Source: Cycas panzhihuaensis (taxonomy: Eukaryota > Plantae > Cycadophyta). From it: a DNA stretch of 64,000 bases. Below the pieces are notes generated by a model. It saw only the letters and a program-made list of their open reading frames with translations, made no database searches and was not told where the DNA came from. The translations under genes were made by a program, and so were the position numbers. The DNA lies in assembly GCA_023213395.1 (NCBI GenBank), contig CM041465.1, positions 33,921,741 through 33,985,740 on the forward strand, given 5' to 3'. Shown in pieces: positions 40,826 to 54,100 of the stretch (positions are counted from its first letter, which is position 1; each line of letters opens with the position of its first letter).

Positions 40826-43800
40826 GGAGGAAAGAATAACATTAGGTTATTTCTTATAACTCTAAGAGATAACAACTAAATTCATGTCAAAATAGTAACC
40901 TGATGTTGAATGGTGAGTATCTTGGCAATCTGTGTAGTCTACATTTACAAATCCTTTAAGGATGGAAGAATCAGCTTGGGTATAATTAAGCCCAAACTAA
41001 AGTGTGCCTTGGATATACTTGAGAATTTTGGTAACGACCTTCCAGTAAGATGCCTTAGGCTATGTCATATACTTGGAGTAAATCCCAACTATGTAGGAGA
41101 TGTTCGAATAAGTGTGAGTGGCATAAATGAGACTCCCAACTAGTTGTTGATACAAAGTGGGATCAAAAGACTTGTCTTGTTCATCTAAGTTGAGCTTGAT
41201 TCCTGATTCCATTGGAATTAATGCAAGTTTGAAGTCAGTCATTCTGAATCTATGCAATAGTTCATTTAAGTATTTATATTATGACAAAAATATGTGACAT
41301 GGTTCCTGTCATACTTCAATGCCAAGGAAATAGTGTAGCAACCTAAGATCTACCATCTCAAAGTTTCTTTTGAGTTCAGATTAGAGACAAGCTATGCCAT
41401 CATTATTGTTCCTACTAATTTCCAATTCACCTACATAGAGCACTATGATAGCGATCAAATTTCCTCTAATTTGAATGTATAGATCTAAATCAAAGAGTGA
41501 ATGAGTGAATCCATGTCAAGTGAAAAGGGCAACAATCTTAGCATACTAGGCATGTGGTGCCTATTTCAATCCATAAAGGGCTTTCTAAAACTTACAAACT
41601 AGATGTTCTTTACCAGGAACAACATAGTCAGGAGATTTCTTCAACAGAGATTCTTCTCTAAGCTTTCCATTTAGGAAGGCACTCTTCAATACCAAGCGAG
41701 CTTTATGACACTAAAAGATGCCATCAACATGAAATTTAGTCTTGTAAAGCTATCAATAATTAATTAGCTTCTTTCTTGGTGGAAATTTTATCAACTCCCA
41801 TGTGTCATTCTTAAGGATTGAATATATCTTGTCATCCATGGCTACTTTCCACATTTGTTCCTTGATTGTCTCTTCAAATGTGAAAGGATCAGGAGTCTTG
41901 AGGACTCATGCCATCAAAACATAAGTAGTTAAGTGTCTTATCCTAGAATCTCTCTTGGGAGTAAATGGTGGAGAAGTAGTATCCTTAATCAACTAATGAT
42001 ACTACTTAGGGATCTTTTGAAGGCTAGTGACTTCCACATGAACATCATCTACTAAGATGGGAGGTATAACTAATGTGGCATTTGAATTTGAAAAAGAAGT
42101 TATTGGAACTAAAGAAGGATTTGGAATATATGAAGATGTAAGTGTAGATGGCTCAGGAATTGGTGCAAGAGGCACTGTAAGAACACAAACATCTTCATCT
42201 ACTACAAATCAAACTTAAAAAGGGTCCAAATCACTTCTCTTTAATAAAAATGACATCTCAAGTAGTATATACCTAATCTCTAATAGCTTCATATACTTTA
42301 TATGCTTTACATCGAAGCACATATCCAACAAATATGTACTTAAGACTTTTATCATCAAATTTCTCTATGCTCTCCTTGGGTACATGCTTATAGACAGTGC
42401 AACTGAATGTTCTGAGATGAGAGACTCTATGCTTTTGGCCTAACCAAGCCTATTTGGGAGTGATATTATGGACTGCAATTGTGGTGCTCCTATTGGTAAG
42501 ATAAGTGGATATTAAGATGACTTTAGCCTAAAAGGAAGTAGCAATTTAGTAGCATTCAACATAACTTTAACTTGTTCAATAGAGTTTGATTTATTCATTC
42601 TATAACATCATTTTGTTGAGGTGTGTGAAGAGCTAAAAATTGAAATTTGATACCAAACAATTTGCAAAAGTTAGTGAATCGGTTAGATATATACTCCCCT
42701 CCATTATCTGATCTAAGCATATTGATATCCATACATATTTTATTTTCCACCTTGACTTTAAACTCCCTAAACTTGTCAAAGGCCCAGAATTTGTTCTTAA
42801 AAAAGTAGACCCATAATTTCCTAGAATAAGCATCAATGAATGTTATGAAATACAAGTTTCCCTTAAGTGAAGGAGTTGACATGGGCCCATATATATCTGA
42901 GTGGACCAATCCTAAGGGTTGAAAGGCTCTTCATGCTCTATTAGAAGGAAATAACTCCCTATGATGCTTACCAACTAGGCATGCCTCACAAATACACTTA
43001 TTTCTTTTAATTTTGGAGAGTTGATGCACCATTTGGAGCCTATACATGAGATTCAAATTCTGCATTTTAAGGTGACCAAGACATTGATGCCATAACTAGT
43101 TCTTAGTGCATTTGGAGGTGGTCAGCTCTATAATGTGTAAACATTCACCTTGTTCTTATACAGGAGGAGGTTCTTCTACAATGACTTATTTCCCTTTATC
43201 AACCTGAGTGTTATGGGTAGTGGCGCAGGATTCTGGTGAGGGGAACACCATCATGTTTGTAGAGGCCACTATCCTCATGTCATGTTACAATGAGTTGTCT
43301 AGAAGTATGGTTTGTTATTATGCAGATGCCTTGACTAAAAAGTACATCCAAATTTTGCTTATTAATCTAGCATACATAAAGCATATTCATCTTTATGCTT
43401 AGAACTAGAAAGATGTTATTTATATGATATCAGATTTTAAAATCCTTCAAAGTAATGGGAGCTCTTCTAACTTTAATCACATCATAAGTGAGATTGTCTC
43501 TAAATTTGATGGTTTAAGCTTGGATTAGATGAGTCTACTCAAACAAGTCTTCAGTGTTGATCATGTAGCGTGCAGCACTAAAATGAATTAACTAGGAATT
43601 GTCATTGTGTTGAGATGATAAGGCAGTAAAAAATAGATTTTGTGGGATGGAGTCTTGCATTTCAGTAACATTACCTCCTTATTATGTGTTTCTATTATTT
43701 CTCTGATTCTTTAGATGATGTCCAGGCCTATTGTCTTGTCCTTGGTTTTGGTTTTGCCTTTGATTTCTATTTTGTTGATAGGGTTGGCCACCTTAATGGA

Positions 43801-43890
43801 AGTATTAGCCTCCTTGTTGAAAACTTGGTCCTCCTTATGGAAAGCTAGGGCCTCCTTATTGAAAGTAAAGAACTCCTTGTTAAAAGCTAG
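40826..43890 (-). pseudogene. C4 pol (RT, integrase, protease) and gag C-terminal linker
   Basis: ORF 41060-41257, ORF 42595-42909 (HSDIYGP, LRSDNGGEY), and FQQGG-type low-complexity repeats at ~43730-43890. Confidence 0.88.
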
Positions 43891-45036
43891 TGTTACATAA
43901 CCACTAGTGGTTGGAAAAACCCTAATGAAGGTACTTTTACTCATAAAAGGCAAATGCTAATTTTAATTATTAAAAGATGTGTATGGGTCGCTTAGGCCCA
44001 CTAATGAAAATAAAGGTTGAATGCCTCTCCAATTAGATTCATGGACTAAATGGCCATTTTTCTTATTTAAGGCCTTATGGATATAAAGGAAACTAGTTTT
44101 GAATGAAAAATTATTACCACCCATTTAGTGCAAACTTTTGATACCCATTTTTGTGTCCATTTGTGCTCTATTTGTGTTCTACATTTCAGTTCTCTAATTA
44201 GGTGTAAAGAAATTTTCGAAAGAATTATATCAAGTGGTATTAGAACCATGTTTGCGATCATGGGAAGCTACTAAATAGATTAGAAAAAAATCAATTTTTT
44301 TTTCTACTAGATCAAGTACTCTCTCTACCCAAGTAGAGATTGAGAAAAGACCTTTGCTTAGTACTCTCTCTACAGAGATTGAGGAATAATGTTAGCATGA
44401 CATAGGAGTTGTGAGGGAAGGGGAATTTCTTCCCCTAGGTAATGCCAGTACTCTATTTTTTTTCTACTTTGCATTCTTTTTTTTAGTTTCATTCTTTTAT
44501 TTTAATTTCTGCATCAGATTATTAATCCAAGGGTAGATAACACTATTGGCCAACTACCCTTTTTCCCTCCCACCTCTCTTCCTAGGTAGATAACACCATT
44601 GGGTGGCTACCTAAGTAGTTAGGTAGATACCTTGTACTGGGGGTCTTTAAATATCATAAGGATTTATTGTTCTAGCTAAGCACATTGTGACTTTTTTGCT
44701 CCTTGCATGAAAGACTGAAGATAATACTCTTAAACTAAGCCTTAGATAGAACCTAGCTACAGAAGTATGCCTCCACATACCTTCAGGTATATATGAGGAC
44801 CCTTTTGCATCCCAAATCCTCCCTAGCATAGGTAAATTATCGACCATTAAAGTCTTGTAGTGTAGTGGTTAGCAGTTAGCACCAAGAAGCTACCTACCCT
44901 AAATTTCTGCATCAAAAGTTTATTAGAAAGCCTATAAAATTAAGCACACCTTGTTTAGTGGTTGGTAGGACATTCTATATCACTTACATCCTATTTTACT
45001 TTCTATTTGAGAGAACACAATACATTATGTAAATAA

Positions 45037-45062
<26 letters not shown>
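45037..45062. repeat. (AG)n microsatellite
   Basis: About 13 AG units in the G4 leader. Confidence 0.9.
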
Positions 45063-45068
<6 letters not shown>

Positions 45069-45837
45069 GACAAAAAAAGAAGAGTGAAAAAAAAAAACTC
45101 CACTTAATCATGCTTTCTAGTACTCCTTTATAGCAAAAAAAGTATTATTAAAATTTAAATACCTTAGTTTGATCAACACTTCTTGCTGTTCATTTAGCAC
45201 TAGGGTAGTTTTTACAGCCATTTTTCATGTTTATCAGTACCCAGGCTACCCATGGACCCTACCAGTAAAAAAAATTACTTAAAACTCACCTACTCCATCT
45301 TAACAAGGTTTTCATACTTATTTTAGTGCACTAGGTAAATCCATTGTACGTTGGGATCAACTAGATATACATACCCCAGCCCATGTCCCCCTCTCATCCC
45401 CTCACTTAACCCCCATCTTCTTTAAATCCCCTTCTTTCTATCTATCCCCACTTCATCATTCTATTGTTTCTTCCTCTTCCCAGTTCATACAATCCCATTC
45501 TTCTTCTCCCATATAAGCTAGTGTTCATAATCAACGATGGTAACCAAATAAAATGATAAACTCTAACAACTTGAAAGCAATTTCATAACCATTAAGGATG
45601 AATTTCATATCATGCAAGAACAACTCATCAATAACAATGACCAAAATACAAAAGAATTTGTAGACCTAGAAGGTGAATTTTCAAACATTAAGATTGATAT
45701 TGCAAAATCCTCACAGTTACTCTAACAACTTATCAACCAAGGAAGTATCTCAAATTCAATAGGGCCAACCAATTAATAGCAGATTCCACCACCTCCTCCA
45801 TTTTAAAATTAATCCATGATAGTTACCCTTCTCTCAT

Positions 45838-47910
45838 AATGGCTAAAATAATGGCCAATAATGATCCTAAAACTTTTAAACAAGTAAGCAATAATCCTAT
45901 ATAGTAGCAAGCCATGTAAATTAAAATTGATGCTTTAAATAAAAATTCAACTTAGGATCTTGTTTCACTTCCACTAGGGAAAAATATAGTTGATTGTGAT
46001 TAGATTTATCAAACCAAATACAATTCAACAGGTGTTGTTGAAAAGTACAAAGCTTGCTTAGTTATGAAAGGATTCTCTCAAATCGATGGTATAGACTATA
46101 ATGAAACTTGCACACATGTTGCAAAGATGAATACTATTAAAACTATTATTGCCCTAGTAGTAAAATTCAGTTGGAAAATCCATCAAATGGATGTTAAGAG
46201 CGCTTTTTTAAATGGTGATCTCAAAGAAGAGATCTACATGACTCAACTGCCTAGTTTTATTAATAATCCTAGTTTAGTTTGTAAACTAAAGAAATCAATC
46301 TATGGATTGAAATAAGCTCCTCGTGCTTGGTATACGAAAGTTAATGACTACCTAATTTAAATTAGATAAACTAGATGTATCAGTGATCCAAATCTTTATT
46401 TCAAATATGAAAACAAGACTCTTACCATATTAATCCTCTATGTCGATGATATCATCATCACCGGATCTTCAAACAATAACATTCATCAACTAAAAACAAC
46501 CTTAATGAATAAATTTGAAAGGACTGATCTAGGTCTTCTACACTATTTTCTCAGATTACAAATTTACTAACATGATTAAAAAAGAACCATATCCTAACCA
46601 AAGTACATTGTAGACTTAATCAAAAGATTTAACATGGAAAATGCTAAACCTACTTATAATCCCTTACAATCATGAGTTAAGTTATCTACTAATTGTTCTA
46701 TACGACTTTACGATCCAACTTTATACAGACAGCTTATTGGAAACCTTATTTATTTAACACATACCCAACCTTATATATCCTATGATATTGGTTTATGTTC
46801 GTATTATATGCAAAAACCACATGAATCACACTGGAAAGCTGTTAAATGTATTCTTCAATATCTTCAAAATAGTAATTTTTATGGCCTAACTTATAATTCT
46901 TGCAGTAATCCTCTAATCTTAATAGGGTATACTAATTCAGATTGAGCAGACGACTCAAATAGCCATAAGTCAACAGTAAGTTATGTGTTTTTTCTAGATT
47001 CCTCACCTATCACATGGTTTAGTAAAAAAATGTAGACTCTAGTTTTATTAACAACCAAAGCTGAATATCGAGCACTTGTTGAAGTAAGCAAAGAAGTACT
47101 TTAAATCAAATCTCTCTTAAATGAAATTGGTCTGTTTCTTAACTCTTCTATAGAAATTAGAGTTGATAATCAATGTGCTATTGTTATTGCTACAATTTAG
47201 TTGCTCATTCTAGAACTAAACATATAGAATTATATCAACATTTTATTCATAATCTTGTTACTGATAATATTATTCATTTGTCTTATTGTCCTATAGATTT
47301 ACAGGTTGCTGATATCCTTACCAAATCATTGACTAAAGTCAAGCTTTTAAACTTGTGTGATTTGTTAAAGATAAAAGAAGTCTCCATCAAAGGGGGATTA
47401 ATATGATAAAGACCTTCTTTATCTTCTATATTGTATAAAAGCTAACATTAAAGGGGGATGTTAGGAATATTAATGTTAGCTTTATGTCACATGTTAATGT
47501 TGTAATTGTAAGTTATTAAATTTAGTTTTATAAAGTTAATATTTAATAATTATCAATCATGTAAGTTCATTGAAATGAGTAACTGCCCATTTCAACAAAC
47601 CTCTTACTCCTTAAAAAGCTCCTCCTAGAATCTAGGAGGTTGTCTAGAGGAGACTGTCAGGTTGTCTTAAGCCTATCTTAAGGTTAGTTTTACTTTTGTC
47701 TGGTATATAAGCAGTTTTCATGTTTAGGTATAATTTTCATAGATATGTAAAATTTTTAGTCAATAAAATTATCTTTAAGAGGTGGTTTTTCTTCCCTAAA
47801 AGGGGTTTTTCACCTGCCAATAATGTGTACCTATGCAATATCATTTCCTCACTATGATTGCTCAAGTTTTTAGATCCTATTGATATTGTACATGTTACTT
47901 TTCTTCTACA
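45838..47910 (+). mobile_element. C6: 5'-truncated copia related to C3 (RT, RNase H, 3' LTR 47459-~47910)
   Basis: ORFs 46064-46315 and 47173-47406; nucleotide similarity to the reverse complement of C3 10740-12340; PPT AAAGGGGGA then TGTTAGG. Confidence 0.85.
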
Positions 47911-48790
47911 TCTTTTAATTAGAGGACCAAATACCATTCTAGGGGTCTAATGGCTATAAGCTATAGGAGCCTATAGTACTAATAACACCCCCACAAATCT
48001 ATTTATACTTTTCAAAGATCATACTAGGAAAGCCTATAACTTCCATAGCATTCGACCATCTCTTAGTTAGAAATACTAAAAAAATTAGCTTAGGATTTAT
48101 AGCACATCTTAACAATATTAAAGTACTACCCTCAATACACCCCAATAATTTACAACTCTTCACCCTAATTCATAATGTCCTTCATACTTTTTGTTTCAAT
48201 AAAATTCCATCCACTACTTCCCAAATATTCTTCCCTATCCATAATAAAGAATAAGTTATCATTGGCTCCTCTGATAGCATTTGAGCTCAACACAACATAT
48301 CTGAGTTCCATGTCAAATGGGTCAGCTCCAAATTAGAAGTAAAAAAAATGGGAACTAGTAGAAGAGTTTGTCTATTAGCTTTAACATCATCTAAACATTG
48401 AGGACTTAACATATTAGGGGAGGGGACATGTGACATAACTATCGTAACCATAGTACCTAACTGTTAGCACATGTGAACATATGATATAACATTTAGTGCT
48501 AGACCTTAACATGTATGCAAGCTGCCTACTTTTGCTTATAGTATTTGTTTGGAGCAGCCACACTTATCTATATAAGGCCTCATAGAAGTAAAGTAAGGTT
48601 TATCATGTATTCAATATATTATATATTTGGCATATTATAATACTACATTAGTTGTATTTAGTGCTTTATTCTATATTTAGTTCTCTTATGGAAACAATGG
48701 TTATGTTACTACTTTTATATTCTAATCATTGTGTTCTTTAAGCTCTTTTCTTTCGTATATTGTGATGATTTTTAGGATAGGTACGTCCCA
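47911..48790 (+). mobile_element. G5: internally deleted gypsy remnant with 3' LTR 48429-~48790
   Basis: ILGV.WL protease tail (~47935) followed within ~230 bp by IHNV.H (integrase C-term) and FHVKW (chromodomain); PPT AGGGGAGGGGA then TGTGAC. Confidence 0.65.
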
Positions 48791-50204
48791 TTATCTATTT
48801 TATCTTTAAAGTCTCTTAATGACTCAGATATGATCAGCAATGTGTAGGCCTCTAATTGACTCAAGTAGTCCCAAATCATTTTAGATGCATTTTGATGTAG
48901 GTTTAATCTTTTCTTACAAATATAAAGCTATGCTACAAGAAGGGATGAGAAAGCATGACTAAAATATAGCTTTTAAACATAGAGAGCAATACAAAGGGAA
49001 AAAATACTTACATATTTAAGTAGTCTACTTTTAAATTCTTGGGTGTGATACAATTTTCTAACTTTTAAACTCAAGGAATCACAAAGTCTAAATTCATGTA
49101 ATAATAAGGTTATAGGTATATTAACTCAAAAATAAATGGAAAAATGAGGGAGTTTGATAAATTAAATATACATACTAAATTAAATTTATATATTAACAGA
49201 CTTAATGGGGAAGTTAATAAGTTAAGTGGAGGAATTAATGAAAATCTTCTTTTTCATAGTGGACTTACACCTATACCCACACACTTATATTAATACTTGG
49301 TGCTTTATCCATATAGTCATGAGATGTAAGACACACTATGTGGGAGTGTTTATTTCACTTAGACTCACACTTGCATGTTGAGCAATTCCCACATCACTTC
49401 CCAACTTTCCTTGCAAGATGTGAGACACGAGAATGCTTTCCTAAAAATTTCTAAGTATCAAATCAAAACACTTCTCCCTTTACTATCTCCAATGGTTTAT
49501 ATTAAAATAAACATTTTGATCTAATGGCTCTTACTTGTTCTCCAATTTACCATATCCTTGAAAGGTTCTCTATAATTGAACAATGATGGTATTATTAACT
49601 AATATGATATGATGGTCTAGATGCCTTAACTATATTGCATTTTCACATAGCCCACATCTCATGCTTTATTTTAACTTTGAACTACTGATATGTAGGAAGC
49701 AGGTAAAAAATACCATAAAAACTTCTAAGGTATAAGCCTTCTTGCCTTGCTTCTTCAGTGAAAGCTTCAATCTCCTTACGGATCCATCTTCAAGCTTCTG
49801 TTTCTACTCAAAATCAAGTGAACTCATTTGACTATTTTTTCTATAAAAGTGGCCTATTCTTGTTCCTATTTTTACTTGGATTATCTTTGTATTGTGAAGA
49901 TGGTCACAAAGTGAAAATGGCAAACATGATAAACTTTTTTGATCAAAATTTATTGTCTGCACCCTTCTATGGGTAAGAAGTTAAAAGATATAAAGGATGG
50001 AGTATTCATATATTATAATAAGTGATTACTCATGCTTGATGATTTATAAGTGGAGATATTTATTCATAGGAAGATAAGTAATAAAAAAAAAAATTAATTG
50101 ATATTTACAGGTGATTTGAGAGGAAGAAGATAAGTGATCTAAAATATTTCTCTTATTTTTTAAGATAATTGAGATGTTTTATAGATTAAAAATTTATAGG
50201 GGAG

Positions 50205-50696
50205 TGTTGTATATAATATTTAATTAGTGATAGTTAAGTTATAGATATGATGAAATCAAGTTGATACTAAATAATTGGTTAATATAAAGGTTCTTACACA
50301 TGATATTCTTGGTTAATATATGGTGATACATTATTGGTTGATGATAATGACATAAATCTATATAAGAGGATGTATATTGAAAGGCATAGTATATCACCAA
50401 ATTATCCTTATGAGATTAGTGACTCATGGACATATTATATATCATTCATTAATGGGATCTCATACATAGTTTGAAAAGTAGTTTTTCCCACTAGGGTTTT
50501 CCATTATAAATCTTGTGTCATGTATTGATTATATATTTGATTCACTGATTGCACTTATGATATCCTTGATATGGTTTATTAATCATGTGAATGAATTATG
50601 CTTCCATGTACACACACACACACATATTCTTATACATAAATATGTTTTATGATGTGGTATCATTTTTTTACATAAGTTGTTCTTATAAACTTACCA
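50205..50696 (+). repeat. Copia-type LTR with an upstream PPT and a downstream PBS
   Basis: ATAGGGGAG|TGTTG...TTACCA|TGGTATTAGAGC; internal GTTTTTCCC..AGGGTTTTCCA motif. Confidence 0.65.
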
Positions 50697-51169
50697 TGGT
50701 ATTAGAGCATGTGCAATAATTCTAATATCAGCAAACTCCTTGATTAAGTAAAGAAAGTTGCTTTAATACAACTATTAAATCCTAATTATTTAGATATCAT
50801 AAAATATACAAATTATAATTATTGAAAAAAAATATAAGAATTAAAATTACTTGCAAAGTTAAGACACTATAACATCGATAAAGGTATTCATTGAGTAATA
50901 TTATTAATTGGTAATATCCATAAAATGTAAAAGGTTTAGAATCTAATTGTAATAATGAGATGAAAGTAAAGGGGGGTGACCAAAAGATCATTCTTAAAAG
51001 GCAAGTTAATCTTTAAAAGGCTAAATCCCATAAAGGATTAAAACTTAAAGGAGTTAATAAAGAAAATCTAAATAATGATCTACAATTGGAGAGCCTAGCA
51101 TTTATTTCTAATGAGCAAGCCCTCCATGTAATCTTTTATTATATCAACCTCTTAATTAATTAAGGCTAA

Positions 51170-54100
51170 TGTGTATAAGGTAGCTTAAGCTATAATTAGT
51201 TATTAAAATAATATGTGTTTCATTACATTACATTATTTTATAAAGTGCATTTAATAATGTTAATATTGTGCACTTTATATTAATGAGACAACTAATGAGA
51301 GGTTAGTTACTCTCATGTAGCTTCCTCAACTCCTTGACATACTCCTTAAATTAAGGAGTGGATTATTGTCTCATTGATATTTTTTAAACCAAGAGTTTTG
51401 AGGGTGATAGCATTGGAGCTTTAGAGCATGTATTATAGGTAAATTAATATAAGTAATTTTCATTAACTTCACTTTTGTAATTTCTCATTCTCTCTTTCTC
51501 TTTTTTAAGTTTTAATGTAGTCTAATTCAATGTTTCTCTTACATGATATTAGAGCCCATGGTTCATTTTGTAGGAATTTTCTTAATTTTTTGTCATAAAC
51601 CATATCTTTCAAGCATTATTATTGTTGTATAATGGTTCTTTGTGACTTTTTATAGATTTTATGCAAACCCATAAGGGTTTCAAATAGAAAAATGAGATAT
51701 TTTTTTATGGTTGGGCAACTTTGAGATAAGTGGGCACTCAAAACTCAGTATCTTTACAATTTTTATCACTGTGGATTTGTTCTAGACTCATTAGAGGTTC
51801 ATTTTGTAGTAAACTTAGCTTCAAAAATGAGATTTTTTTCCCTCATTTTATTTTAGGAAGCATTAGAAGTTGGAGGGATTATAAACTTTATTTCAGCTTA
51901 ACTTTCATTATCTATGATCATTTTTTTCTTGTGTATAAGGTTGAAGATATATAGATCATAGTCAATAACCTCAGAATTGAATATTCATTACTGAATTTCA
52001 TTATTATTTGACTCTAATGAATGGATTGACCTCAATGGTCATGCATAATTTTTTTGACATCTATGAATTTTTAAACCACACATAGTTGAATTTGATATAT
52101 TTTTCACTTATCTAAAGTTTTAAACTTTATATTAGTGAAATTAAGTTATTTTGCATGTTTTTTGGGGTCTGCACTTTATTTGTTAGCGCACAATCACATA
52201 GTAAAGGGGGCTTTAATGCCCAAAAGGTGTTATTTACTATAAGTTATCTATTTGACTCTCATTTTCAAAAATTTAAATTGTAGTAATTATATTTTAAGAT
52301 GTGCTTTGATAATTTGAGCTCAAATTTGTAAATAGACCTTGTAATCTTCGAACATTCTTATAAACTCATACTTGTGGTCATGATTTTATTATAGTTTTTA
52401 TCATTATATCTAGTGTGAACATAGTTGGTTACATTATATCAGAGTCACAAAAGACTAAATGGCAAAAATTATGTAATATGGAAGTATATAATATCCAATA
52501 TCCTAGCTGTAAAATGATTAATAAAAGTAATTAAAGGTAAAGAACCTAAGCTAGTTTAGATAACACCTCAAGCTATAACAACTATTGAAATATCTCCTAG
52601 ATCAACCTCAATAACTTCAATAGCAATAGCTAAAGATGTAGAAGACTGGGAGAATAAAGATTGAGAGGCATTAGTGATTATTAGTACGTCTATTATAGAT
52701 GAACTATTCACACACTTACAAGGTAAGAGAACATTAGTAGAAGCATAGAAAACACTAAAAGATATGTATGAAACCAAAAATAAAACTAATTTTATACCTT
52801 AGGAATTAATTATATACTTGTAAAATACCAGATAATGACTTTATCTCCGTCCATTTACAAATACCTAAGGAGATTAAAGATCAACTAATTACAATTGGTG
52901 AGAAAGTTAAGGAGAGAGAACTTATGAGCATAACTTTAGATAGCCTCTATGAAAGCTATTACATTTATTTCATTAGCTTGTACTTGATAAAGAGATCTTA
53001 ACCTTTAAGATTTAAAGAATTGGATGGACTTCTCTTGCATGAAGAATAGTGCATAGGTGGATATGTTGGTAACAATACTTGAATGGTATTGACTTATTAG
53101 TTTACAAAGAAATTATAGTTGAATGCTCTTAAACAAGCTCAATCTCTCTCTCTTAACATAAGTGAGTCTAAAGAGAAGAAGGATATCATGTGTACGTACT
53201 ACAAAAAGACTAATCACTTTAAAAAGTACAATTAGAAGAGAAAGATGGATAAAAAGAAGAAGGGTATTAGTAAAACCATAAATCTATTTATCAATGATAA
53301 AAACGTCTTTATGTTCAATGTTATTTTTGGCACTTTAGGTACTTGGTACATTGATTTAGGAGCCTCAAATCATATTACCTTTCATAAGGAATAGTTTAAG
53401 AAACTCAATAAAGAAAATAATTCAATCATAATTTTTGGTGATAGTAGTTATCATAAAGTAGTAAGCAAAGATACAATTGTTCTTAGGTAATCTAGAATAA
53501 TATTAACATCTCTGATGTGTTGTATGTACCATATTTTAAATATAACTTACTTTTTGTAAGTTGTATGACTAAACTAAATTTGAAAGAAGTAGAGATTGAT
53601 GTCATTAAGTATATCATCAAAGATGACACTTTTGTAATTACTTAAGGAGTCTAGGAGAATGACTTATATAAATTCTTTGGCTTATCTAAGTATAGTTTTA
53701 TTACAGCTTCATTTATTGCATTATGGCATGACCATTTTGGTCATTTGAACTACCAAAGACTTTATTTATTAAATAAATTAAAGATGGTGCTTGATATTCC
53801 TTTAGTGTAGAAAAGTAAAAAAAATTATAGTGCTTATGTATTAGGAAAATAACATAGAGAGAAATTTATCAAATCCACTTGGTAGGCTAAAGGAAATTAG
53901 AATTGGTACACTTAGATCTATGTAAACTAATCGTATTAGTTTTATATGAAACTTCATGATCTTTGTTGATGATTTGACCAAGAAAAGATGGATTTATCTT
54001 CTAAAAAATAAGTCATAAGTATTTACAAAATTTAAAGAGTTTAAAGCTGAGATAGAAAACCATTTTGAAAAGAAGATCAAAATTTTGAGAAGTGACAATA

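Noticed and set aside
49400-49950. Minus-strand copia gag/protease remnant
   Set aside because: Only faint zinc-knuckle and protease-like traces; too decayed to call.
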